DNA of 64,000 nucleotides from the NCBI GenBank assembly GCA_951406725.2, contig OX597825.1:52328001-52392000 (forward strand), in the 5' to 3' direction. Below are positions 1-10,977 of this stretch, piece by piece. Both the position numbers and the translations under genes were made by a program. This stretch comes from Octopus vulgaris. Lineage: Eukaryota. The number at the start of each line of letters is the position of its first letter. The stretch's first letter is position 1. The notes under the pieces are model-generated. The model saw only the letters and a list, made by a program, of their open reading frames with translations. It was not told where the DNA came from and ran no database searches.

Positions 1-1170
1 AATAAAATTTAACATTCTTCCAGTGCTGCATCTCCTGGTATTGCAGCTACCCTCCACGATGGGGGAAGAACTGTTCATTTCAAGTTCAATCTCCCACTAA
101 ACTTTGCAATGAAAGAATCTCAAATGTGCAACATTTCCAAATATTCTGCAATGGCAGCAGTTCTCCAACAAACTTGCTTCATTATTTGGGATGAGTGCAC
201 TGTCACATCATGGAGCTTCGGAGGTACTTGCTTGTACTCTCCAAGATATAAAAAAACACCAGCATACTCATGGGGAGAGTAATAGTTCTTGCAGGAGATT
301 TCCATCAAGATTGCTAGTTATCCTCAAAGGGTCAAAAGCTGATGAGGCCAATGCATGCTTCAAAAAGTCGTACCTTTAGAGACATGTGAACAAACTTCAT
401 CTTACAAGCAGTATCAGAGTACTTTCACAAGGTGATTATATGAGCTTTTTAAGATTGGTAATGGGATATTGACATTCAGCTGCATGAAATTACTTGCGGT
501 CAAATGATACATTCTCTTAGGGATCTTATGGATAAAGTATTTTCTAATTTATCTGTCAATTACACTGATGTAAACTGGCTATGTGAAAAAGCTATTCACG
601 CTCCAACTAATGAAATGGTTGATAAACTCAATCATGAATTTCTTCAAAAGTTAACAGATACATTAGAAATGACTTTATGATCAATTGATAACAGTCGATC
701 AAAATCAGGCTGTTGAATTCTGAACACACTTAAACCCACTGGGATGCCACTGCATAACTTGACACTAAAGCTGGATGCTCCTATTATGTTGCTTAGGAAT
801 CTTGACCCATCTCACCTGTGTAATTGAACTCACTTCATTGTTACTTCCATATAAGCAACAATCATAACATATAGTCACAAAGAAGAAAATGTCCTTATTG
901 CAAAAATTCCTCTCATACCTACAGATATTCCATTTGAATTTAAGACACTTCAGTTTGCAGTCAAACTAAGTTTTGGTATTTCAATTAACAAATCTCAGGG
1001 TCACTCTCTCAAGGTAGTTGCACTCGATCTCTCTGCTACATGCTTCTCCCATGGCCAATTCTATGTTGCTTGCTCATGAGTTGGAAGCAGCAACAATTTA
1101 TTTAATTCAACATCGACAAAACATAACACAAAGACAGTTGTTTACCCTGAGATACTTCAACTTAGATTTT
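1..1170 (+). pseudogene. Helitron Rep/Hel PIF1-family helicase C-terminal region, degenerate (stops and frameshifts)
   Basis: Manual translation gives ordered PIF1 motifs: AASPGIAATLHDGGRTVHFKFNLPL (~25-100), IIWDE (181), GRVIVLAGDFHQ (~273-308), AIHAPTNEMVDKLN (~591), FLNTLKPTGMPLHNLTLKLDAPIMLLRNLDP (~718-810), QFAVKLSFGISINKSQGHSL (~950-1010), CFSHGQFYVACS (~1040-1076), VVYPEILQ. Runs off the left window edge. Confidence 0.9.
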
Positions 1171-1230
1171 CTGTTCAAAATTTTATTACCGTTACAATTT
1201 GGATATCTTATATAATAAAACAGAGTTTGA

Positions 1231-1263
<33 letters not shown>

Positions 1264-2178
1264 AGTGCATATGTTCCTTATGGATTTGAAAACTGAGTTG
1301 CTAATTTTGACATATGAAATATCAAATGATTCAGTAATTGTCCAGCTATCAAATAATGTATGTTTTTTTGTGCAACAACTCTTTTTTACTACAACAATAG
1401 CTTTGGGTCACACAATTTTGAGATCCTTTACTAAGAGATTCAAATCTGCCTAAACGATCTTAAAATACATGGAGTTTTACCAGGGAATGAAACTTCGAAG
1501 ATATGCTGTCAATTTTATAAGTATTACTTAGTAGGTAATCTTTTAATGTGAAGTATGTTTGTCTGTGTTTTGTTTAGCCCAGAGTTGCCTCTGATGTAGC
1601 AGACTCCTTGCATAGTTTGTTTTTTACTTCCTGAAATGCTGTAAATGTATCTTTCTTTTGATGAATGGGTGTGTTTTAAGAGAGATTTGGCTGCTATTTA
1701 CAGTAGCTCAAGTTACCACAGACACATCTCTGTATGTGTGCGTGTGTGTGTTTTATTGTGGTGAAAAAAATACTTTTTCTCAGAATATTTTGCACAATAA
1801 TTTATTAAGAAATCTGGAGACCTTTCTTACTGCTAACAATTCAAATTCAAATTACAAATGTTAATTGTTTGAAGTCAATTAGACGGAGATTTACATGTAC
1901 TGTTATTTTATAGAGAGGAAGTTCAATACGAAGTTTTGAACTCATTATCTTGTGGCTAGTAATCCATTACCTTAAATATCAAGCCATTAAATCTTTAAAC
2001 TTTATTTTACTAGGTTTAGTCTTTCGACTGTCGCCAAGATGGGGTATCACCTTCAAAACTTTAATTGATCATACTGACCTTAGTACAAGTTTCAATCTGG
2101 CATTTATTTTATTGATCTCTGCTAGATGAACTGCTAACTTTGAAACATAGTGGGATACAGTACTGGATTTAACAACAA

Positions 2179-2242
2179 AGTATAGTGGTAAGTATCCCTG
2201 CCTGACACGTGGGAGACCAGAGTTTGATTCCCTGCTGGGGAG
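2179..2242 (+). pseudogene. tRNA-Asp-derived pseudogene, 5'-truncated, anticodon mutated GTC>GAC
   Basis: AGTATAGTGGTAAGTATCCCTGCCTGACACGTGGGAGACCAGAGTTTGATTCCCTGCTGGGGAG closely follows the conserved eukaryotic tRNA-Asp(GTC) sequence, with CpG-decay changes; the 5' acceptor strand is missing. Confidence 0.8.
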
Positions 2243-2336
2243 GTCCAGTTTCAAAGGCGGTGCTCCAGCATGGCCATAGTCAAATAACTGAAACCTATAA
2301 AGGGATAAAGGGACACCCACACATATTAAGTGCAAG

Positions 2337-2483
2337 AATTACTGTGTGGTCAAGAAGTGTGCTTCTCAACCACATGGTTCCACGTTCAGTCCCTCTGCAT
2401 GGTACCTTGGGCATGTGTTTCCTACTATAGCCCTAGGCCAACCACAGACTTGTAACTGTATTTAGTAGATGGAAACTGAAAAA
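2337..2483 (+). mobile_element. tRNA-derived SINE family A, 5' half
   Basis: TGTGTGGTCAAGAAG...CCACATGGTTC...GTACCTTGGGC...GGAAACTGAAA; the same head recurs at ~28850, 39907, 49657 and 56230. Confidence 0.75.
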
Positions 2484-2582
2484 CATGTTTATAAGGAAGA
2501 GTTGTTTGCTTCATACTCCTAGTGTGCTGATTCTGCCCTTAAGAAAGCAACAAATAATACAATGTGGCTGTAGATCATAACA

Positions 2583-2610
2583 CCTGGGCAACGCCAGGGT
2601 GCATTGCTAG
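2583..2610 (+). mobile_element. Helitron 3' terminus (hairpin + CTAG followed by T)
   Basis: CCTGG-GCAACG-CCAGG hairpin at 2583-2598, CTAG at 2607-2610, then T; same strand as, and ~1.4 kb downstream of, the helicase remnant. Confidence 0.7.
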
Positions 2611-2734
2611 TATTCTCTTATTCTTTTACTTGTTTTAGTCATTTGACTGTGGCTATGCTGGAGTCCCACTTTTAGTTGAACAAATCGACTCCAGGCCTTA
2701 TTCTTTGTAAGCTTATTACTGATTCTATTTAGCC

Positions 2735-4310
2735 CCACCTCTGAGCAACTTCACTGAACCTGTTAATACAACTGTTTTTTTTTAAACTACTAGTTTATAA
2801 TAACATTAATAACATCATTTGCAACAGCTAATTTCCATTTTTTTTGAAAATATCTATATTAAATTCCTTTAAAATATAAGAATAGCTCACCGTTTTTTTT
2901 GGCATTCTGCTTATGTCCATTTTCTTAACCCACCAATAATTCCTTAATCTCAAAAGATACTCTGGGTCCACCACCACGCAGTAAATATCCTCGGGGCAAC
3001 ACCCCCCACTCACTCCTGTTACATCCACTTTTATTGCTCTGTCCCATATCCCTATCTCATTACAAAGTTCTTCCTTTTGTCTATTGTACAGTATTACAAA
3101 TTTATCCAAGGGTCAGGTTGGGGAAATTTGGGGCTCCTGTGTGCTTATGTTTGTGTTTATGTCAGGTGGGGTATGGAGAGGGTTGGTATCTGTAGGGAGT
3201 GGTTGGAGTAGAGTGGGTGGGTGTAGGATAGGGGTCGTCAATTACAACATGTACCTTTTTTCTCCTCTTCTTTTTGTTCCCACTTTTCCCCATCCATTAT
3301 TCACCTCCTCTTCTTCAACACTGATACAGGTTTTTGTCTGTGGTGCAGTTTCAATCTCCTTCTTATGCTTCTCTTCAGCCTCCACAGGTGGTGGAAGACC
3401 AATTACTTTTTCACTCTTGTGTTTCTCTTTAGCCTTCACAGATGGTAGAGGACAATCCTCTCTAATGTGGCCTGAAAGGCCACATTTATAGCACCACGGA
3501 ATACCCCCTTCCACTCTAACTCTCAGTGTCACTTCTTTGACCATGATGGTCTCCACTATATTTTCAATGTCTTCTGGGGCCACCTGTACTATCATGCCTA
3601 GGCTCTACCCTTGCCAGTTCTTGTGGGGTGTTCTGGTGACCTCCAGGACCACTACTCTCTCCTCCATGCATAGCAGTATGGCAGCTACCAGCCAGGCTAC
3701 ATCCACTTCCAGGGATATGTCTTCTATCCTAACCCTAGAAGCACACCTCCCAAGGTATATGGGTAGAAGCACCACTTTGTCTGCTTTTAACGGTGTTGCT
3801 TTTAAATGTAGCTACCTCCCAAAACTGAACCTCCACTGTTCCATACTTTCTTCTCTGGGCAAGACAAGAAATCCTTTAACAGACTGGCCTCAGCACCTTT
3901 CAACTTGGGCTGCTGACACTACTTCAATTTTTTCTCTTTGCTACCACATATATCCTGTAAATTATCGTTTTTTTTGTTTTTTACTTTTAAAACTTCTTTG
4001 GGTGGGAGGAACACCTTCACATCGTTCTCCTACTTTTAATCATTTCCTTGAACCTGCTCAACTCCTTCAGATTTATGTCTTTGGTTATTTCCTTTACCAC
4101 TTCTGCATAACTTTTTATTTCTATAGCTTCGTCAATTCTTTTCAGACTTTTCGCTAATTCTTCTTCAGACGACATAAAGTCTGGTGAAGAAGAACTTAAA
4201 TCTTAGTACTTCCTAACACGATGCTCTCCCATTAAACAAGAGGGAAGACATTGCACACAACCACTGAAAGACAGCTAAACACACACGTTTCACACAAAGA
4301 CAGTAGTTCA
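2735..4310 (-). mobile_element. Tx1/L1-like non-LTR element remnant: degenerate gag-like ORF1 (ATG ~4175 to 3242) with CCHC zinc knuckle; no RT found
   Basis: ORF 3242-3595 contains CYKCGLSGHIREDC (CX2CX4HX4C); upstream disrupted frames give MSSEEELAKS..IKSYAEVVKE; short ORF 2828-3109 and an A-run follow. Clade assignment is inferred. Confidence 0.6.
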
Positions 4311-4539
4311 ACCAATGAAGAATAAACCAGAAGCAAGCTTCTTCCCACACTCCTGTGTGCATTTACACAAAAATTTGTACATAGATGTGTGTGCACACAC
4401 TCATACACACACATATATAATGTATGCATACATATATAGTATATTGATATACACACACATACACATGCGTGTATATATATGTATATATATTCTTTTACTT
4501 ATTTCAGCCATGTGGCTGCGGTCATGCTGGTGCACCACC

Positions 4540-5960
4540 GTAGTCTTTCTGATTTCCTCAGTCTTGGGTGTTTCACATCACCACCTTTATCCCAGCTGTT
4601 GGCCGATTTGGTATATAAGGGAGTTTGATTCTGTTACCCTCACCAGTACCTCATGTGGGGCTTTTAGTTCATCCATGGATAGGAGCATGTCTAGTTCCTT
4701 TTCTGAAGATATCTATTTCCACCTTATGTAGATTTCTTAATTTTTGTGGCAGGGCATTGAAGAGCCTTGGGCCTTTGAACCCTAGGCTATTGCAGTACCT
4801 CTTGTCCTGGATTTAGATGGAATGGATGGCTGCCAGTTCTGGCATTTGTATAACACTCAATGCTGAAATTAGATACTAGTCCTTCTAGAGTTTACCAATA
4901 TGTAGATTATTACATACCTGTTGTGCCCTCAGTCCAGGAAGTAAAGTTGCAGTTTTCTCAGCCTATCCCTGTAGTTCATCCACTGCATAACTTCTATGTT
5001 TTTAGTGTAGTGGCATTGGACTGCTTCAAACTCTGCTGTTAGTTTGGCACTATGTGGTGCCCATAACTGGGAGCAGTAGTCCAGGTGGCTGAAAATAAAG
5101 GTTTTCCATATGGTCAACATAGTTTCTTGGTCTCTTGTCTTGGAGGACCTCAGTATCCATCCTGCCAGTTGTCTGCACTTTACTGCCATCTTGGTAATGT
5201 GCATATCAAATGATGTGTCATTGCACATACTGATCCCCAAACCTTTCACTGCCTGTGACTCTGGAATTGCAGTGCCTTTGGGTCCTGTGTATGCAGGCTG
5301 TAGTACATTTGTGAGTTGGTAGTTCAGTGCTCGAACATTTTCCAGCATTAAACTGCATTTATTTATTTTGGCCCTCTTGTATGTTGAATTCATGTCCCAC
5401 TGTAAACTTGCGATGTCATCTTGATTTCTTATTGCCTGTGATAATTTTGTATCATTGGCATAGCTAGTGACAGTGGCTGTCCAAGTGACCATGGGCATGT
5501 CAAAGAGAGCTATTATGAACAGAAATGGCCCCAGAACAGTTCTCTAGGAAACGCCACTTAGGATTTTAACTTCTTCAGAAAGGACACCATTTGCTACAAC
5601 TGTCTGACTCTTGTCTTTAGGGAAGTCATGCAGCCACTTTCCCAGTTTACTAGCAATTTCAAGGTCTCATTGCTTATGACATATGCCATGATCTATCTTT
5701 TCAAATTCCTTTGTAAAGTCAAAGTATATCATGCTGACATATGAACGGTCAAGCAGCTGTTTCAAAACTTAGTCATAGTGCTGTAGGAGTTGTGTGAAGC
5801 AGCTTCTTCCTGGATGAAAGCCATGCTGTGTATTGTGCAGTAGGTCATTTTCTTTTAGGAACATTTTCTACTTCTTTCTAATGATTCGCTTCATGACTTT
5901 ACTGATATGAGAATTTAGAGTGTTTGGCTTGTAGTTCTTGGCAGCTGCTCTGCTCCCATA
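4540..5960 (-). mobile_element. CR1/L2-group LINE reverse transcriptase fragment with 3' end, degenerate
   Basis: Minus-strand motifs QHGFHPGRSCFTQLL, YFDFTKEFEKIDHG, VLGPFLFI, YANDTK (decayed YADD), HLDYCSQLWAP (ORF 4929-5498). Confidence 0.85.
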
Positions 5961-5995
5961 TGTATATGCATGTATATTATATAGATATATATCAG

Positions 5996-6510
5996 CATCA
6001 TCATTTAATGTTCTTTATCCATGCTAGGATAAGTTAGATGGTTTGATCAGGCTGGCATGCTGGAAGGCTGCACCAGACTCCAGTCTGATTTGGCATGGTT
6101 TTCTACAGCTGGATGCCCTTCCTAATGCCAACTACTCTGAGAGTGTAATGGGTGCTTTTACGTGCCACCAGCATGGGTGCAAATTTGTGTACCACCGGTA
6201 TTTGCCGTGACTGCACTTGTACTCAGCTTGACAGGTTTTCTCAAGCACAACATAATGCCAAAGGTCTTGGTCATTGCCTCTGTGAGGCTCAACACTCAAA
6301 AGAAACTCAGCCACTTTGCCTCTGTGAGGCCCAACGTGCAAAAGGTACCCTTTACATGCCACCATCACAGGTACACTTTCCTTGATGGGTCCTCTCAAGC
6401 ACAGCACATCGCCAAATGTCTCAGTCATTAGTCATTGCTTCCTTGAGACTCAAAGTTCAAAGATGCTTCACCACCTCATTCCATGTCTTCTTAGGTCTAC
6501 TTCTATCACA
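5996..6510 (-). mobile_element. RTE-clade LINE 3' end / RTE-tail repeat
   Basis: CTGGATGCCCTTCCTAATGCCAAC motif, (CAT)n tail and DQDLW peptide shared with the RTE fragment at 22414-23420. Confidence 0.7.
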
Positions 6511-6584
6511 GGTTCCCTCATATATATATTATATATATATATGCATCAATATGATATATACATATATTTGTCTATATGTATATA

Positions 6585-7876
6585 CGAGGGACGTTCAATA
6601 AGTAATGCCCCTGACCCACTTGCAGTTGTTTGATCTAGTTGAAATTTTGCATGTGCAACTATTTTTAGCTCTATAGATTAAGTGGCAAATTACAGCTCTG
6701 AACTAATTGTGGTTTCTGATTTACATGTGTTTGAACTGAGTCAAGTGTGAAATGGAGCCTGTTGAGTGTCGAGCAGTGATCTGGTTTTTGTATTTGAAAG
6801 GACGCACACCACGGGAGACTTTTGATGAAATGAAAGTAACTTATGGTGATGATGCCCCATCATATGACCTTGTAAAACGCTGGCATCGTGAATTCAAACA
6901 TGGTCGGAACTCTGTGGAAACAGCTCCCAGATCTGGTCGCCCCCCTTCTGCCATTGATGAGGTATCTGTCCGTCAAGTTGAGGCTGCCATTTTGGAAGAT
7001 CGACGCATAACTATTCATCAAATAGCCCATGAGGTCAAGATTAGTACTGGGTCTGTGGAAACTATCATTCATGACCATTTGCATATGCAAAAGGTGTCTG
7101 CCAGATGGATTCCCAGGTTGCTCACACCTTTCCAGAAGCAAGAACGCGTCGAGTGTTCAAGGATGAATTTGGAGATGTGCCAAGAAGATGAGTCAAAATT
7201 TTTCAAAAGGCTGATTACACAGGATGAAACCTGGGTCCATCACTATGATCCAGAGACCAAAGCCCAGTCAATGTAGTGGAAGCACTGCGACTCCCCTCCT
7301 CCAAAGAAGGCAAGGGTGCAGCCCTCCGCTGGCAAGGTCATGCTCACAGTCTTCTGGGACCAGGACGGAGTAGTGATGACAGATTTCCTGGCAAAGGGTA
7401 CCGCAATTACAGGAGCCTATTATGCTTCACTTTTGAGGAAATTAAGAGGAGCTATCAAAATCAAGAGGCGGGGCAAGATCAGCAAAGGCATCCCCCTCCT
7501 GCAGGACAACACTCTGGTCCACAACTCGTGTATCGCCAGATCAGAAGCACAGGCATGCGGCTATGAACTCCTCCCCCATCCCTCCTACTCTCCTGACCTT
7601 GCAACCTCTGATTTTCACCTCTTCCTAGCCATGAAGTTGTTTTTGAAAGGAAAGCGTTTCCCAGATGATGCAGCCTTGATTTCTGAAGTCACGTCGTGGC
7701 TGGAGGACCAAGCTGGGGTCTTCTACAAAAACGGTCTCCAGAGCTGCATCAAACGATGGGAGAAATGCGTAACTCTGGGTGGTTCCTATGTAGAAAAAGA
7801 CTAATAACTGTGCCAAGTTTCGTTGCTCTACTGCTATAGGAAGTGGGTCAGGGGCATTACTTATTGAACGCCCTCG
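6585..7876 (+). mobile_element. Full-length mariner (Tc1/mariner, DD34D) transposon with ~38 bp TIRs and TA flanks
   Basis: Left TIR CGAGGGACGTTCAATAAGTAATGCCCCTGACCCACTT from 6585; right TIR ends ...TTATTGAACGCCCTCG at 7876 (1-nt indel); TA on both sides. Confidence 0.97.
6752..7804 (+). pseudogene. Mariner transposase (350 codons) with one in-frame stop at 7274-7276
   Basis: ORF 6752-7276 and ORF 7316-7804 are in the same frame (QSM*WKH...); motifs WIPRLL, TQDETW, LQDN, YSPDLATSDFH; 34 residues between the 2nd and 3rd catalytic Asp. Confidence 0.93.
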
Positions 7877-7886
7877 TATATGTATA

Positions 7887-7981
<95 letters not shown>

Positions 7982-8033
7982 TATGATATATACATATATT
8001 TGTCTGTGTATATTTATATAGATGTATATTACA

Positions 8034-8948
8034 TTGGGTCATCCCATAAATAATGTGGGTTTTTTTCAATTGCATGAATTAAAAGTCAGAAGGGGACAGG
8101 ATAAACTATTGTGCATCAATTTGCTATAGAAACAGGTAGTAATTTCACCTTGTCCTTATTCTTAGTGCAAGTTTTGAAGAGTGCAGTTCAACTGTTATAT
8201 TTTCAAAGTTATTATGAAAGTGACAAAGGAGCATATTCGGCATATTTTGCCTTATGAGTTCAATAAAGGCAACCACACAACAGAAAGTGTGAGGAATATT
8301 AATACAGTATATGGGATTGGACAATAAGCGTAAGCCAATGTGGTTCCAGAAATTCAATACTAGAAACTACAGCTTAAAAGATAAGCCACGTCATGGAAGA
8401 TCTGTGGCACTTGATGAGGATGTCCTACAAACCCTGGTGGACCTAAATCCCATTGTAACTGTTGAGGAAATAGCATTGAAGCTTGGATTTGGTCATTCAA
8501 CCATTCATCAACGCTTGCATACCATCAGAAAATGACCATCTTTGGTTTCAAGATCAAAGATGTTCTTCCATCAGGATATTGCTTGGCCACATAGAGCAAG
8601 GATGACATTCCAAAGGCTGGAACAGTTTGAAAGAGAAATGATGTCCCACCCACTATATTTCCCAGACATTGCCCCATCTGATTATAGTTTATTCCGCAGT
8701 TTTCAAAATCATTTGGACGGAAAAAATATGAATTCTTTTGACAAGATCAGAACAGTACTGGAGGTGTATTTTTCATCACAGATAAGGGAAATTTGGAAGT
8801 GGGGCCTTGCAAGTCTACCAAATAGATGGAAGAGCATTGTAGAAAATGAAGGAGAGTATGTTTTAGATTAAAAAAGAACTTTGTTTATCCTAATTTTGAA
8901 AAATAAAAGAAGTATAAAAAGAATTGCATTATTTATGGGATAACCCAA
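8034..8948 (+). mobile_element. Internally deleted mariner of a second subfamily
   Basis: TIRs TTGGGTCATCCCATAAATAATG / CATTATTTATGGGATAACCCAA; fragments MKVTKEHIRHIL, KPRHGRS, FHQDIAWPH, HPLYFPDIAPSDYSLF; the WVPHEL-to-first-Asp region is missing near 8535. Confidence 0.88.
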
Positions 8949-9020
8949 TACATGTATGTATGTATGTATGTATGTATGTATATATGTATGTATGTATGTA
9001 TGTATGCATGTATGTATATA

Positions 9021-9057
<37 letters not shown>

Positions 9058-9184
9058 GTAGGTGTTTATGTATATATATATGTGTGTGTGTTTGTATGTG
9101 TGTGTATATATAGTTGTATGTATCTGTGTATGTATGTGTGTGTGTGTATATATATATATAGTTGTATGAATATCTGTGTGTGTG

Positions 9185-9224
<40 letters not shown>

Positions 9225-10725
9225 AGGGAAACTATTTGACATACCCTGGATTAATTTCTTTTCAAGTTGCTAATCAGTTTGTATCAGAATGATCAAATGT
9301 TTATTTTCTTTGCTTCAGTTTTATTGATTTACTCTAATGAATGATTGGACAAGATCAATTATTAATTCAAACATTTTAAAAATTTGCTTAGAAAACCTCA
9401 TGCAGGTGAAAAAACAAAATATCAATAAAGAACACTTTAATATTGTTGTTTTCATTTAGTTTTTATTGTGATTTCTAAAGTGGCCATTTATCATGCCAGA
9501 TCATTTATTAACTGTATCATTGAAAAAGTTTAATAAGATTTATGTCAATCTTCACAGAACACTGTTGATGCTTTATCACATGATAATCCATCATTAGCAG
9601 CAGTACAGTCATTAACATCAGCATCAATCTTATCAAGATATACCTTATCATTATCATCATCATCAACAGCAGCACTGGTGTAATCAGAAGCATCACACTG
9701 ACCGTTATTTGTAACGGCACAAGCAGACATCATTATTTATAATGTTGGCTTGTCAAGTTGACAGCAATAGAGAAGCTGTGATGTCCTTCACCTTTTTACC
9801 TCCTGATCACCAACAACAACAACAACAACAACAATACCTCCACTGCCACCACCAACAATAATGATACCACTTCACAACCATTACAGATGGTGAGTTTGTG
9901 TCATGTTATCATATAACATAAAGTAACACCACTTTCTTAATCTAGTTGTTAGCATTAGGATTTAAACTATGCCTTTTGAGGGCCAAAACCTATTGTTATC
10001 AGTGGTCTTATTGAGATATTAACTCACTCATTGTCATCATTACTTCACCAATATACTCATTAGTATCACAACGATTACTTTCTTTGATTATGTATTTGCT
10101 ATTTGGCGACTGATTTGATTTCTTATTGGATGTATCTATCAGTGGGTTTTCACAAATGGTTCATCACTGAATTCCCTACTACTACAACTGAGCATAATTC
10201 TTCCACTCTCGCTAACTGTAGTACCTACATTCACTACTATCTCAAGACAAACTGAGCAGTTGCCCAATAACTTCACAGATCTAGGGGCCCTATTCTAATC
10301 CACGTATTTGACAGGTTGCTGTCAATAAATATATACTATAGGACATCAAGTATTGATTTGCTTGAGAGCCTATAATGTTGCCAAGATGGTCCTGCCTTCA
10401 TCTATGTATATGACTTAACTACAGGTGTCACCACAAATCACTGCCACTGTTGCACTAATTATGGTACCTAAAATGATACTCAGAAATAATACTAAGCACC
10501 ATTTGGAAACAATTGGGCAAACTTTGATTTTTTATGGATTTTGCTAAAGGAAGTTAGACATATCCATTTTATGTAATGTTATCTTCAAACAACCATATGT
10601 CATGCAATAAATATATCATACCCATGACTGCTTCAGTGAAATTTGGTTGCCAGAAACTGAAAGAAACCCATTGTATAGATATATAAATATATATGTGTGT
10701 GTACATGTGTATACACATATAGATA

Positions 10726-10977
10726 CGAGATCTGATCAATAAGTATCCAGACTGTTGCCATAGTAATGAAGCTAAAGTATGCAGAGTGAAGCTGTTCTGC
10801 ACAGGTTGACTTTGACCTCTGTTGTGCATGTGCACCAAGTTTTAATGCTCTAGCTCACTCTCGCTGTTTAGAGCAGTGCTTCGAAGTAATGTGTGTAATG
10901 TGTGATCATCGCATTGACCTTGACAGAAAGTTGTCATGGCGATACCTGCTTAGAGGCCTACACAAAGTTGCAGAAAG
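10726..10977 (+). mobile_element. 5' fragment of the mariner-derived family also present at 20150-20933
   Basis: TA-CGAGATCTGATCAATAAGTATCCAGACTGTTGCCATAGTAA matches the ends of the 20.1-20.9 kb element. Confidence 0.75.

Noticed and set aside
2179-2242. Functional tRNA (Asp or Val)
   Set aside because: The 5' acceptor strand is absent, the T-arm is disrupted and the anticodon is mutated; treated as a pseudogene.
9545-9733. Asp/Cys-rich 62 aa minus-strand ORF as a possible host exon
   Set aside because: Explained by degenerate (CAT/CAG)n sequence; no recognisable domain or convincing splice context.
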